A stretch of DNA of 64,000 nt from Octopus vulgaris (GCA_951406725.2 OX597827.1:5022001-5086000), one strand, 5' to 3'. Counted from the first letter of the stretch, positions 23,398 to 37,378 are shown. Numbers and translations are program-made. The notes: generated by a model from the letters alone, not told the origin.

Positions 23398-25776
23398 CTG
23401 ATGTAGACTTTGAGCCATATTATATGACTGTTTTATAGAAGAAGGTACTTTAAGACTTTGGACTGACTTGTATTCGGATTGTGGTTGAGATTTCTGTAAT
23501 GTTGTTTGAGAATGTCTATGGCCACCATGGTCTGTAACCATTGCTACAGGAACATCATACGGATTTCTTTCGTCAAAATATTTGTTTGGGTCATTTATAG
23601 CTTCATTGCATCTGATGTTCCTTTGGTTGTTTTTATGAATCATACATACTGCCATAGAAATTACAATTGCAACTGATATAATCACAGCTGCTACAACAAT
23701 GATAACTACTAGATTGATATGTATCTTGTGGTCAGACTTTTTATCAACAGATGTAAACATTTTGGCTGTGTTGTTGCTAACAGTCAATATCAAAGACAGT
23801 GTTGTTGTCGCAGACAGAATCGGACTACCACTGTCCTTGACGCTAAGCTTCAAGTTGTATGATCCAGCATCGTTTTGGTAAACCGTGCGAGAGAACGACA
23901 ATACTCCTGTGTAATGATTTACTGTGAATAATTCTTTGTTATTGCCACCAATTATTTCATATCTAAGGAAAGCATTGACATGACTGTCTCTGTCAGAAGC
24001 TCTCAATACTGTCACCTCGTTGTTACTTTGAGGTTGGTAGTGAACATCCAAGCTGAAAGGGTCAACACTTGGAAAGGTAAAATAGGGAGCATTGTCATTT
24101 TTATCCATTACCTCCACAATGACATTTGCTGTATTGTTGAGAGATGGTATTCCATTGTCTTTTATTAAAACTTGAAATTTATAAATATCCATTTTTTCAT
24201 GATCAAGTGGCTCTGAAGTTGAAATAAATCCAAAATTCGAAATAACAAAAGGAAGATCATGAATTCCTTTACTTAAGAGAAAATATGAAAGTTGACCTCC
24301 AGCTCCTAAGTCTGGGTCTGAGGCATTAATAAAACCAACTGGAAAATTTGATTTCTCGTTTTCATATGTGAGAAATTTGAATGTATCTTTTGTGAATTGT
24401 GGCTGTACATCATTGACATCAGTCACTTGAATATTGAACTTTCTTTCAGTTCTGAGAGGTGGCGATCCTTTGTCCTGACAACTAATCATAAAATCAATAT
24501 AGCTCTCTGATTCCCTGTCTACAGGGTTTTTTAAAACAACTTTGTATTTTTTTCTTCCAAGCTTTTGAAGCTGTAGTTTATCATGGTTGAGATCACATAC
24601 CACTTCTCCATTTTGATTGACATCATTGTCACTTACTTTCACATAAGCAATAAAACTATTGGTTTTGACACCTTCAGAAATTGTTGTTATATTGCCTATT
24701 GGCTCAGAGACAAACTTGACATCAAGACTTGGAGCATTATTTTGTCTGTTTATTATGTTCACAAGAACCATTGCAGTAGAGCTCAAGGGTATACTTCCTT
24801 TATCAATGGCTTCAATAAATAATTTGTATGTTTTTCTCTTTGTGAATGGAAAATTTCTAGCTAAGAAAATCTTGCCTGATGTTTCATTTAAGTAAAATAA
24901 TGTTTTTGCAAAATCGGAAGTTTTTGAACTGAAATAGTATGAAACTTTTCCATTTTCACCCGAATCTAAATCTGTAGCATATACTGTAACAATTGGTGTA
25001 TATATGTCTTGTCTGTTATTAATGGAGACATTATAAACGTTTTTGGAGAAAACTGGTTGATTGTCATTCTCATCAGTGACAGATACATGAATGGTTAAAA
25101 TACCTTGGTGTGATGGAGTACCATCATCTTTAGCAATCACTTGAAGTGTATAAGTTTCCTTTACTTCTCTGTTTAATCTTTCCTCAAGAATTATTCCAAG
25201 TTTGTTACTTCCATCAATTTTTTTAACAACTGACAACAAAAACGGGTCATTGACATGTTTTTCCAATCGATATGTAATTTGAGAATTTAGAAAACCAACA
25301 TCTTTATCTGTAGCACTTGGAATTGGTTTTGAGCCACCAACTCCATCGCCCTCAGAGAATTGGACATGGATATCTTTTATGGGAAATTCTGGCTGGTGAT
25401 CATTAACATCATCAATAATAACTTTTACTTCAATGACCTTCACAAAAGATTCTTTATGCCGAACAGCTACTTCCACTATTTTGAAACATTCTGTGTTGTA
25501 TTTACAAAGTGACTCAGCGTCAAGCGTTTGAGAGGTATACATCATTCCATTTTTGCCAACCTTAAACATTGGAGCATTTCCACTGAGACTCTCATGGAGT
25601 CTGCTGAATGTAATCCTATTTAAGTCTTCAGCATGAAAGCTGTTGTAGAGATGTGCATCAGAAGCTATGTTTCCTACCAGAGTATCAGGATTCTGACCCT
25701 CTTTCACGTGGTAGGTGATGTCTACACACACACATACGTGAAATAGTGCAGCTAAAGCACCCAATATTTTAAACAT
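23398..25776 (-). CDS. Protocadherin, large coding exon (signal peptide, 6 cadherin repeats, TM, juxtamembrane tail; 793 codons)
   Basis: 818-aa ORF with linker motifs DVNDHQP, DENDNQP, DVNDVQP and DKNDNAP, AxDxD motifs, EC1 C-x5-C (LCKYNTEC) and a hydrophobic TM (INLVVIIVVAAVIISVAIVISMAVCMI). The ORF runs through a strong donor CAG|GTAAGT at 23398/23397 (phase 0), so its last 25 aa are intronic. An upstream acceptor ctttctttatttcag| puts the exon start at 25857. Confidence 0.96.
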
Positions 25777-26039
25777 TTTTAAAAAAATTTCGGATAAGGA
25801 GCGAAGAGCAACTTTAAATTAAGTTTATGATAATCTGTTTTATTATTAACTGTATACCTGAAATAAAGAAAGGCAGAAAAGTAGCCTTTGTATAATGTAC
25901 GTGGTCAAATATGCATTGTTCCAAAATCAATTTCCAAAAGTTACAGCAATCTCAGAAATCTGTAAATTAGTTTCATATTCTATATATCTCAATCACTGAT
26001 TATCTTTCATGTTAACTTCACATCTTCTAAATGTCATAA

Positions 26040-26281
26040 CGCTTTAGCATTCAGATTACTCTGTCAAATGTATTTCTTACATATTCACATTGTTTTGAAT
26101 TAATCATGCACTACCTTTAAGCTTTGAGATTTTGATGAAGTGATTGTTTATTTTTAGAGTAGGGTAGGCATAGTGTAAGGTAGCTGTTGTAGGGTAGGCA
26201 TTGAAAACTTGATCTATCTGATTTGAACATAAAATAAGTTGAATATTTGGGCTGGAAGTGTTTGGTTTAAATGCTGAAGTG
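26040..26281. mobile_element. Degenerate piggyBac-type MITE in the first intron
   Basis: taa|cgctttagcatt ... aatgctgaagtg|ttaa, imperfect TIRs. Confidence 0.5.
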
Positions 26282-27100
26282 TTAATTGCATTTCTTCAGA
26301 GCCAGAAAATAACTCAGCTTTGATCCTTTATAATTCCTAAGTACCATATACATAGAGTACAACTCACATATGAGGTATAAACTTCTTTGACACTCACAAA
26401 ATTTGACACAGCACCCTCTAAAATCTATCTGGCTAATTAGTAATGATTACACTCACTAACATTTTACAATTACTAGTTAGCAAGCACTCTGTCCCTGCCA
26501 TCACTCTAATAATAGCATTTGATCTTCTGAACTTCTTCTAAGACCTCTTCCACTTTAGCCAAAGCTCACCTAAATCACCTACAACCCATCCAATTGTCAT
26601 CCCTACAATATCTCAGTTGCTCAACCCCACACTAAATAATATGCACAATTCTTCCAGCCTAGAACCACACCTTCCTAGAAACCTTTCCTTGCCCATGGAT
26701 TCCCTTCAAACATGGTCTAAGTAAAGTTCAAGTTGAACAATAACTGCATCAACCAACCCCAGCAACCTGAGAACACAGATAATATTATGGTTGTTGTCCC
26801 ATGTATTCTGGCTAAATAAAAAGCAAACAAAAAAAAAACTGAATCAATATTTAAAAAATAAAATTAACTGTGAATTAATTCATATACTGCGTAAGTTTAT
26901 TAGAATATTAACAATCAGTTAAGATTTTGTATCAAAGCTATATGAGTGAAAAGCTTTCATCAAAAGAACTTGCAATGTTGCTTCATTGTAAACAAAACAT
27001 ATGAGTAAAAACAAAGCAAATATGCAATTATTCTATCATCTATAAAGAACCCCAAATACAAATAATTCTTCCCGTCTCTCTCCCTCCCCCCTCCTCTCTC

Positions 27101-27153
<53 letters not shown>

Positions 27154-28892
27154 CTGTTTTTCTCTGTTTCTCTTTCCCCACTTACTCTTTCTCCCTTTCT
27201 GTGATTTAGATAAGATATTAGTGAGTGTAAAAGTATTTACAAGAAGAGAAAAAAAATGAGGAAAAGAAATATAGAGTGGTTAGAATAAGCAAAGACCTGA
27301 TGCTTAAGTAGAGTGAAGAAGAAAAAGTCTGTGGTGAATTCACTTTGAAAGTATGTATTTGCCAAGATGGTTAATGGATTGCTGCCATAGAAATCCATTG
27401 AGTGGCTTTACTGCCAGTAGAAAATGGCAGTAGAAGGCATTATTAGCCACTGAGATATATGAGGAAGTAAGAAGTACATCCTAATCCTTCTGGGTCAAAG
27501 ATGGCAAGTTTAGCTTGAAAGAAGATAAATATTTTTGTACATTGCTAAAGAAACCTTGCAGGGACAGTAGGTTGCCAAGGAAACATATTAACTTGGTAAG
27601 AATACTAGAATGGTCTCAAAACATTCAAGATAAAATTGCTTTTTTTCCCTTATTCTTGTCTTGCAATGTTTTTTTTGTTTTTTATATATATACTTTCTTT
27701 TTCATTTGTGAATATATGTACAGTTTCCCAGAGGCTTTTTCAGACTTAGTATAATAATAATTTGGCAGGTATTGTTCTTTGCAGTTATTGGTTTCCAACA
27801 ACTTTATCTGACCTAATTGTTAGAAGTTCTAATCTCTCTTTTTCTGACACTACTTGGCTAAGCTTACAAGAGATTTCATGATAACCAGGTTTTTATCTAA
27901 CACTATTCTTTATAAAACAAATATGTTGCACAAATATTTTTAGCATGTCTTTCAAGATATTATTGAAGAATTTAATGATAATAATCTCATATTTGTCTCT
28001 ATGTTATAGAATATTTTATGGCTATTTCATTATACAGAACACCTATTTGTTTGTTTGATTTATTTTATTACAATTTAATCTAAAGGAAAACTAAAATAAA
28101 AAAGTAATGCAGTATCTAATTAAAAACGAATAAAAGTAATTATATTTCATTGATTTTTGCATTGACTTGAATGGAAAACAGCTTTTTGAACAGTCAGTCA
28201 GAAACAATTCATGTTTTTTTTTCTCTCCCTTTTCTTTTCATTAATATTATTTAAAAATGGTTTAGAACATGTCTGGAACAGCAAATAAATTGTATGTAGT
28301 TAATCTTCTCTAGACGTAATGTCCATTTTAGTAAGAGCAAGCAATGAAAACGGAGTAAATAGTTAGAAAACATGTACTGTTGCTGTTCAAGAAAATTTTT
28401 TTTAAAAGTGACCATAGAAAAAAAACAACAACAAAAACCAATAAACAACAAAGAAACAAATCAAAACAAAACAAAACATCTAAATAAAATTAAAGGGCCT
28501 CAGTCTATTAAGTTAAGAAATCTTTTTTGTAATATGTTATTTTAATGAGTTAAACATGTTACTTTGCATTTCACTTTCCTTCAATTTTTTATACTAGTTT
28601 TAAATGTATCATTACTGAAAGGGAGCCAAATTCTTCTAAAAACTATTTTATGTGGAAATGTAAAAGAAAAAGATTAAATAAATAAATACTTGTTACTTTA
28701 CAGCTCCTTTTAGTATTATTGGTTAGGTTTTGGTTAGATTAGTTCATAATTTTATTAAGGATAAACAGTGACTTTATTTTTATATGCTTTATTTACAATA
28801 ACAATAAAAGAAAAATGTATGATAATTTATTGTTTTTCTAAATTAACAGAAAAATATGATAGATAGAATAAGAAAGTGAATTGTACACTCAC

Positions 28893-29020
28893 CTATGCTG
28901 GAAAAAGCTTCTTTAGTTTACTGTTAGCACATGTGTATCCTGCTGTAGAGTTGTTTAGTTACTGCTACTGTTGTGTGCTTGCAGTGTTATGAGGGTTGGT
29001 CTGTGTTATGTGAATGTGAA
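28893..29020 (-). other. Probable non-coding first exon (5' UTR) of the protocadherin; 5' boundary approximate
   Basis: Strong donor CATAG|gtgagt at 28893/28892 in non-repetitive sequence about 180 bp downstream of a CCAAT palindrome. It would splice to the acceptor at 25857. Confidence 0.55.
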
Positions 29021-29071
29021 AGAGAGGTCTGCAGTCTGAGCAAGTATGGTGTGTATGTAATATCTGCTGCA

Positions 29072-29084
29072 GCCAATGATTGGC
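29072..29084. promoter_or_regulatory. Palindromic double CCAAT box (gccaatgattggc), candidate protocadherin promoter element
   Basis: CCAAT on both strands in a 13-bp palindrome just upstream of the putative first exon. Confidence 0.45.
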
Positions 29085-29511
29085 AGGTTATGGTTCCCAT
29101 GGAGGGAAACAGAAGCCCTGCTTCAGGTTCCTATAGCAAAATAGATTTAGTGAAGGTTCAGTTATTTAATACACAGTGAATACCTGGTCTGTCTTCCTCT
29201 TTTCACTCACTCCCTCTCTCACTCTTTCTAAATCTCTCTTTCTATATTTATCTTACATTTTCTCTCACTCAATTTCTCTTCATCAATATGGATATATCTA
29301 TAAAAAAAAATTACAGTATAGTTTCCTAAAAATGTCATGTAAACATTTTTTTTTTTTAATGAGCAAGTCAAAAATGATCTTTTAAAGTCAGCTTTTCAAA
29401 AATATATAAAAAAAAAAGTTGCTTAAAGAAAAGTATAATTTTCTTTCCAGCAAAAGCTGGCATTTCCTTCACTATGTACAACATAGATACTTCTGACATT
29501 TCCTTTCTTTT

Positions 29512-29544
<33 letters not shown>

Positions 29545-29886
29545 TGTAGGTTGTTTTTTTTTTTGGCTTATGAATCGTGTAACTTTTCAATAAGATATTT
29601 TAATGTTATTTAACTTCATTTCTCTTTTATTTATATTATCTAATGCTTACTCTTTCTTAATTTGCTAAATACATACATGTGCACGCATTAGTTTCAAAAT
29701 TAAATGAATTTTTTTTTTTAATATGTAGTTATGACTTCAAAATGATTAAGAAATTATTTCAAGTACATTTTCTTTTAGTGAAAATGTGATGTTACATAAG
29801 ATATGAAAACTGAAATTCTAAGTTTCTAATAAAATAATTTCACATTGCTAACTAAATATATTCTTCTTTATTTTCACTTCTGCTTC

Positions 29887-29931
<45 letters not shown>

Positions 29932-30651
29932 CATACATATAAATACATATAAATACATATATATATATATATATGTAAGCACGTATGTATGTGTGTGTGT
30001 GTGTGCGCACACACAAAAGAAGCAGTTGTGTGTGTAGCTGCAGTACAGGTGTATATATAATTATGTTTATATGTATATATGTAGGTGGCTGTGTGTGCAT
30101 GTATATATATATATATATATATATATCATCACCATCATCATTATAATAACTACTTTTATGTGCTCTCATGGTCAGAATGGAATTTGTTTGATTGGACTTT
30201 CAATGGCCTGTTGGCTACCCCGTCACCTACTGTCACCTGTTTCCAATTGAGGTTATATTTCCCCATAATCAGATATGTTTTTCATATATGACTGAAAACA
30301 AACATCACTTGTATAATAGTGATGCTTATTTACAACCATCACACACATGCACACACACACACACACACATACACACACACATGCATGCACACACACGTGC
30401 ATGCACACACACACACACATGCACACATACACACACACACAAACAGAGAAGGAGAGAGATACATGCATATACATACATACATACAATTCCACTTCACATA
30501 TATATGTATATGTGTTCACAAATGCACAAATATTTATAATATATATGTGTGTATATGCACATGCATGTGTGTGTGTAAAAACATATGTATATATATATGT
30601 ATATATATATGCATTTATATATGCATACATATATATATAAACACACACACA

Positions 30652-31482
30652 GAGGGTGTGATGTGAAAATTGGTGTCATTTTACTTATTTGATTTTGTTG
30701 ACTACACAGTATAGTAGGGTCAGTTGGGCACCGTCTGTGAGAAAAACAGCACCATCACACAATTAACACTGCCAGAAATTTGGAAACAACATGCTGTACT
30801 ACTTGGCATTTGCACCAGAAGCTCCAATATGAACAGATGGTGAACACACAGAACAACCGTTGTTTTGCTGTGTATCCAAAACATGTACCGAAAGTGATAA
30901 AAATCAAACAGCCTGTCAACATCATGGTGTTAGGAGTGATCACTAGTGATGATGACGTTATGCTTCCATTCATCTTCCCACATGGTCTCACACTCAACAC
31001 GGAGGCCTACATCAAGTACCTGGAGGTAGTAGTGCTGCCCTGGGTCAAGAGGATGGCTGCTGGAAGACCTTATGTCTGACAACAGGACTCTGCACCATGC
31101 CACACAAGCAGGAGAATCCAGTCATCGCTGTCAGACAATTTCTTCAATCACATCACTTTGGCTCCCTAACTACGCAGACTGCAACCCCCTTGATTATTAT
31201 GTGTAGGGCACAGTTGAGCAAGAGACCAGCAAAACTCCTTGCAACACCAAAGATGAACTGAAGGCAAGTTGTGTGGAGGCCGTGGTTGAACCCAGTGGTG
31301 ATTTTATTGAATAAATTTAGTATTTTCAGGATATTTTTATATTAGTATTGTACATTTTATACAAGATGTTAGTATTTCAAGATATTTTTATGTAATTTTG
31401 GTAAATATATCTATTAAAATGAAATATCAGTGTTATTTTCAAATTTGCATAATTTAGATTACAATATATTCACCGCACCCTG
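30652..31482 (+). mobile_element. Internally deleted copy of the same maT transposon
   Basis: High similarity to 15707-17012 (NTQNN...VITSD...GRPYV). Right terminus caccgcaccctg|ta. Confidence 0.85.
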
Positions 31483-31557
31483 TATATATGTGTGTGTGTA
31501 TACATATATATATATATATATGCATACATCTTCATACTCTTACAGACATGTGCACAT

Positions 31558-31559
<2 letters not shown>

Positions 31560-31630
<71 letters not shown>

Positions 31631-31645
31631 TGTGTATGTGTGTGT
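31560..31645. repeat. (TG)n microsatellite, one of dozens of di-, tri- and tetranucleotide tracts
   Basis: Seen directly. Others include (GA)n at 44983-45048 and 58032-58074, (TAA)n at 13320-13411, and many (TA)n. Confidence 0.97.
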
Positions 31646-32878
31646 TTTGGTTGCATGTGTTAATGAACGTTTTGCCAAATTACACTAAATTACACATCCT
31701 GTATGTGAATAAATTCAAAGATTCTGATCTTCCTCCCACCTCCTTACCTTTTAGTATTGATTTTCATATTTATTGCTATGGATAGAGTTGAAGGGAATTA
31801 CCATTATCAATAGCGAAGAAAATTTACAAAGCTTACATAGGTTGTGAAATCGTTGTGCAAGTCCAATTAATGTTCATATTTTAATTACGAATTATTTTTT
31901 AGTTTGCTGTTGATTTATGCTTTATGTAGAGAAAGCTCTTGTGTGTGATTATATTAAAGATGAAAATTTCCTTGAACAGGGTATTTTGAAATAAAATCTT
32001 TAATAACATGTTCTTAACTTTAAAGTTCTTGTATCCGAAGTGATTTTGGTGATTCAGAAGGGTTGGGGGATATTTTAGAAAAAATATGTTAACAATAATA
32101 AAAATATAAAAACACGAAGTGTTTGCATATGAAAAGTGAATTTTCTACAGTAGGCACAAGGTCTAAAATTTGGGGAGAGTGGGGAAGTTGATTACATCAA
32201 TACCAGTAACTGACTGGGACTTAGTTTATTGACCCTGAAAGGATGAAAGGTAAAGTTGACCTCAGCAGAATTTGAACTCAAAATGTAAAGCTCTGGAAGG
32301 AATGCTGAGCATTTTATCCAGCATGCTAACAATTCTGCCTACTCAACAGCAAGAAGCACAGAGTTAAACCATGTGATTCTGGATTTAGTCCTGCTGTGTA
32401 CCACTTTGAAGATTCTTCCAATCATAGTTTTGGAATGACCAATACTTTGTAAGTGAAATCTGGTTGAGAGAAGCTGTGCTGAAGTATATCATTGATAGAT
32501 GGATATGTGTGTGTGTGTATTTATACACAGATGTAAATGGTAACAAACTGATGAAAAAGAACTCAATATTCAAGAATAGAGTATAAATATTTATTATGCA
32601 AATTACAGTCAAGTCTTCACACTGTAACCCTACTAGTCCTGACCCTGCGAAATTCGTTTACTGACAATCTTTCAGTTAGTAAATGATCGAACTGTAAGGT
32701 GAGATAAACAAAAATAAAAAAAAAAGATGGTTGGCTGTTTATTTTTGTTTATTTTGGCTTCTGTTTTGATCTCTCACCAATGGGAAGAAGGTCAGTTTAC
32801 TGTTTCCACTGATAGCAAACCCAGGGTATTTGTGTGAGCCATGATAATAAATTACATCTCTGTCTATCTGTCTGTCTG

Positions 32879-32909
<31 letters not shown>

Positions 32910-33090
32910 TATCATGCATCCAAAAAATGAGAAGCACACTCTAAAGCACTTGAGCAGTAATATGTATTTTAAATAAGTTAAAAGTTATTGGTATCACACT
33001 TATAAAGCACTTAGCAGTATAAATGACTCTTCAGTGCAATACCAATGGTCACTCTATGGTTGGCCATAACTTTTAACTTCCTGTATATAT

Positions 33091-33494
33091 ACTCTCTCTT
33101 TACTCTTTTACTTGTTTCAGTCAGTTGACTGCGGCCATGCTGGAGCACCGCCTTTAGTCAAGCAACTCGACCCCGGGACTTATTCTTTGTAAGCCCAGTA
33201 CTTATTCTATTGGTCTCTTTTGCTGAACCACTAAGTGACGGGGACATAAACACACCAGCATCGGTTGTCAAGCAATGCTAGAGGGACAAACACAAACATA
33301 CATGCACACACACATATACATATATATATACATATATACGACGGGCTTCTTTCAGTTTCCGTCTACCAAATCCACTCACAAGGCTTTGGTCGACCCGAGG
33401 CTATAGTAGAAGACACTTGCCCAAGGTGCCACGCGGTGGGACTGAACCCAGAAAAATGTGGTTGGTAAGCAAGCTACTTACCACACAGCCACTC
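33091..33494 (-). mobile_element. SINE family A
   Basis: Near-identical to 12473-12886. Confidence 0.92.
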
Positions 33495-33946
33495 ATTAAC
33501 GCATATTAAAGAAAAATGTGTATTGATGCACATTAAAGAAAATTTTACACATTGGTGAAAGAACCAGTGAAATGTTCTCTGTAGACAAAGACATTTTGTG
33601 GTATTTATTCTGATTTTCATAATGTCTCTGTTTTTATTTGAGAAAATGTATTTAACAGAGGATGACGCTCTGACTTTCAAAGCTATTTTGCATATGACTG
33701 GTAATTAAAATTGTAATATTCAATAATACAATTTATATATATTTATACTTGGCACCTTGGGCAAGTGTCTTCTATTATAACTCCAGGTTGACCAATGCCT
33801 TGTGAGTGAATTTGGTTGACAGAAACTGAGTGGAAGCTCATCCTCTGTGTGCATGTGTGTGTGTGTGTGCATGAATCATAGCATCTGTGTTTGTCTCCCT
33901 ACCCAAATCTACTTGGTGTTCGTGTATATTTGTGTGTGTGTGTGTG

Positions 33947-35356
33947 AGTGATTCCCAACCCAGAATCCATGAAGGTAGTCTTGAGGCCCCTTGAGATGAG
34001 TTCAAAACTTTGAATGGCTGCAGTGTAAAATGTATTCATACTCACTATAAAGCTGATGAAAATATAATTGGAACCTTATGCATGTCACATATGAAATCAA
34101 ATTTGCCACTCACACCACATAATAGTAGTGGTCTGAATATACAGTGACTATTTCTCTTTGTCTAAATTCTGAATTTTAACAATCAGTTGTACTTGCAAAG
34201 ATAGTAATGGTGTAGCAAGGGTCAAAACTGTTGTTATGAATGCTGTATATTGCAAATATGGTATATATAATATGGTATATGTCATGCGCATGTTGAATCA
34301 GATACTCACCTCTAGTGGTATTAATGTAAAGGACCACATACAAACAAGACACCTAAGACTTTTGACCAGCATTAATTTAAGGATCACTGTTGAACACAGC
34401 ATATTTGTTGAATATTTTCAAAGAAGACGGAAAGTACTACTTTCATGACAAAAATCAATAGAAAAATAGCAACTGGCTGAGAGAGTAAAAATACTGTCTT
34501 TGCATCATATGATGTATCTCTATTAACAGCAAAGTGTAGAGGGGAAAAAAAAAAGAAACAAACAAAAAAAGAACACACACACACACACAACAGTATAGGA
34601 CCTCATTCTACTTGCTGCCAAGGCAGTTGCCTCTAGAATACATGGCAACAAAGTAGCAAAGAATTATGATATAATTCCATTATCAAATAAGGTTGTGAAG
34701 TGGTGACTTGAAGTCATGTCTGATAACATTAAAAATCAGTTAGTGAAAAGAGTACTTAAAAGTGAACACTGTTCCTTACAATTAGTCAAAAGTATGGATA
34801 TTTCTAACTCTAACCAATTTGCTAGCATTCATACGGTTTGAATTTAATAGTACAATCTGAAAATTTTCTCTTTCTCTACTCATTTCCAAGACATACAACT
34901 GCTGAGTCTATTCTTAATAGTATGGACGATTTTATAATTGAAAATGAAATTGGGCGGTCAAAAGGCATGGGGGTTGGTACTGGCAGGGGTCCTGTAACAT
35001 TAGGAAAATACAGAAGATTCAAAGCAAATATTCAAGCTATAAATACCAAACGTTGAATGGAGTCATTGCTCCTTCTATAGGGAAGCATTGCTAGCAAGGA
35101 ACATGTCAGTAAAGATGAACAGGAGGAGGCCGTAGCTGCAGTTAACTTTATAAATGTTCATCCGTTAAATTCTGGGTTTTCTTTTTTGTTAGGAAATGGA
35201 CAGTGCTCTTGCATTCACAAGCATGTCAGTTGTCTCATGATAAAATACTTATCTGCATATTCAGGTTGCATGTTGAAATAAGATTATTTTATGTATGAAA
35301 AATTATTCCATAGGAGCAAGTAATTCAATAACCATTTGTGGCTAGCTATAGAGGTA

Positions 35357-35407
<51 letters not shown>

Positions 35408-37080
35408 GTTTGACATTTTCACATATTTGAATGACTTCATTTTGAACCTATGTGGGAGGTTTTTAATGATTTTTGAAGTTGAAGATAAAAATGAAAGCCA
35501 TTATTGTGAAATTAGACTTGTAATCTGAATGTCTGAAATCCTTTTCAACATTCTGGTACTTTTTTTTACAATAGCTGATGATGGCCTCTCAGAAGAAATA
35601 ACATTTTCATTCAGCACTTGCCAGAATCTTTTTAAAATTTTGGGTGCCTAAGAGATAATAGAAAAAACGTAGGTAGAAACTCCATAAGATGTACCTGGTG
35701 GAAGCTATGGACACATAAGAGGTGCAGCAATATCAAAGGAAGGCTAATTGCAAAGATAGTTTTTGTGTGTGGCAAATGCTCAAGGGCAATAAACACTGAA
35801 AATGTGCAGAAAACAGCTTCCGTCACATGCCAAGGGGAAAAACTAGAAGTAGTTGATAGCCTCCATTACCTAGGTGACCAAGTCAGCTGCTAGAATAAGA
35901 ATAGCCTGCGCAAAGTTCAGAGAGCTCCTACCTCTGTTGGTGACAAAGGACCTCTTGTTCAGAGTAAAAGGTAGACTGTATGACACCTGTGTGTGAACAG
36001 CCATGCTACATGGCAGTGAAACATAGGCCATGACTGTTGAGGACATGTTTAAGCTTGCAAGGAATGAAGCTAGTATACTTTGCTGGATGTGTAATGTCAG
36101 TGTGCATACTCGACAGAGTGTAAGTGCCTTGAGAGAAAAGTTGGACCTAAGACACATCAGATGTGGTGTGCAAGAGAGATGACTGCACTGGTATGGTCAT
36201 GTGTTGTGAATGGATGAGGCCAGCTGTGTGAAGAAGTGTCACATCCTAGCAGTAGAGGGAACCTGAGGAAGAGGTAGACCCAGGAAGATATAGGATGAGG
36301 TGGTGAAGCACGACCTTCAAACATTGGGCCTCAAGGAGGCAAGGACAAGTGACCGAGACCTTTGGAGATAAGAAGATAAGCTGTGCTTGAGAAGACCCAG
36401 CAAGCTAAGTGTGACCAAAACCGTGGCCTATGCCAGTGCAGCATAACCAGCCCATTTAAGAGTACCTTTCAGTCATTGGGCAATAAACTGTGCTTGAGAA
36501 GACCTTTTGAGTTAAGTGAAATCATTGTTGTGGCCGATGCCAGTACTGCCTGATTGGCACGTAAAAGACACCATCCAAACATGGTCGATCCCAGTGCTGT
36601 CTGACTGGACCTGTGCTGGTGGCACATAAAAAGTACCATTTAAGTGTGGTTGTTGCCAGTGCCACCTGACTGGCTCCCATGCCAGTGGCACGTAAAAAGC
36701 ACCCACTATACTCTCGGAGTGGTTGACGTTAGGAAGGGCATCCAGCTGTAGAAACTTTGCCAGATCAGATTGGAGCCTGGTGCAGCCTTCTGCCTTACCA
36801 GGCCTCAGTCAAACCGTCCAACCCATGCCAGCATGGAAAGTGGACATTAAGCGACAACGATTAAGATGATGATTGTGATGATGATGATGTCAAGGGTCTT
36901 TTGTTATGAAAAAGTCATTTACATGATGCACTTCAGCTTAGTTCATCAGATACAAAGCAAATTTTCATGAGAATGTTCAATAAAGTATCTTAGATAAGTT
37001 ACTTAAAGCCATGGCTATGACTATATCAGAGAGGTGGAACAAAACTGAAGAATCTGGAACACAAACTAGAAAATAGATAT
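33947..37080 (+). mobile_element. Old hAT (Buster/Charlie-like) transposon relic interrupted by an RTE LINE
   Basis: Peptide remnants ASYDVSLLTAK, IIPLSNKVVK, MSDNIKNQLVKRV, ENFLF...HTTAESI, HCSFYREALLAR and VNFINVHPLN. Boundaries approximate. Confidence 0.6.
35640..36889 (+). mobile_element. RTE-clade LINE 3' portion with (GAT)n tail
   Basis: EKLEVVDSLHYLG, RVKGRLYDTCV.TAMLHGSET, ERRLHWYGHV and GRGRPRK; 3' UTR ending in gatgatgatgat. Confidence 0.88.
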
Positions 37081-37324
37081 GTTTCCTAGATATGTATTAT
37101 ATGATTTGAAATGAATTAATGATATAATTAAGCTGTGCACTGATATGTATTGTATAATTATGCTATTATTGCATGTGCTTGTGACAGGGCATGGCTAGCC
37201 ATGGTTGTGTAAGTTGTGGACATTCATTGTCATTAGGGTGTGTGAGAGAGAGAGATAATTTGCACAAGACAACTGGCTTATATACTTGTTAGTCATCGCC
37301 TTTGGTTAAAACAAAGCACAGTGA

Positions 37325-37377
<53 letters not shown>

Positions 37378-37378
<1 letters not shown>

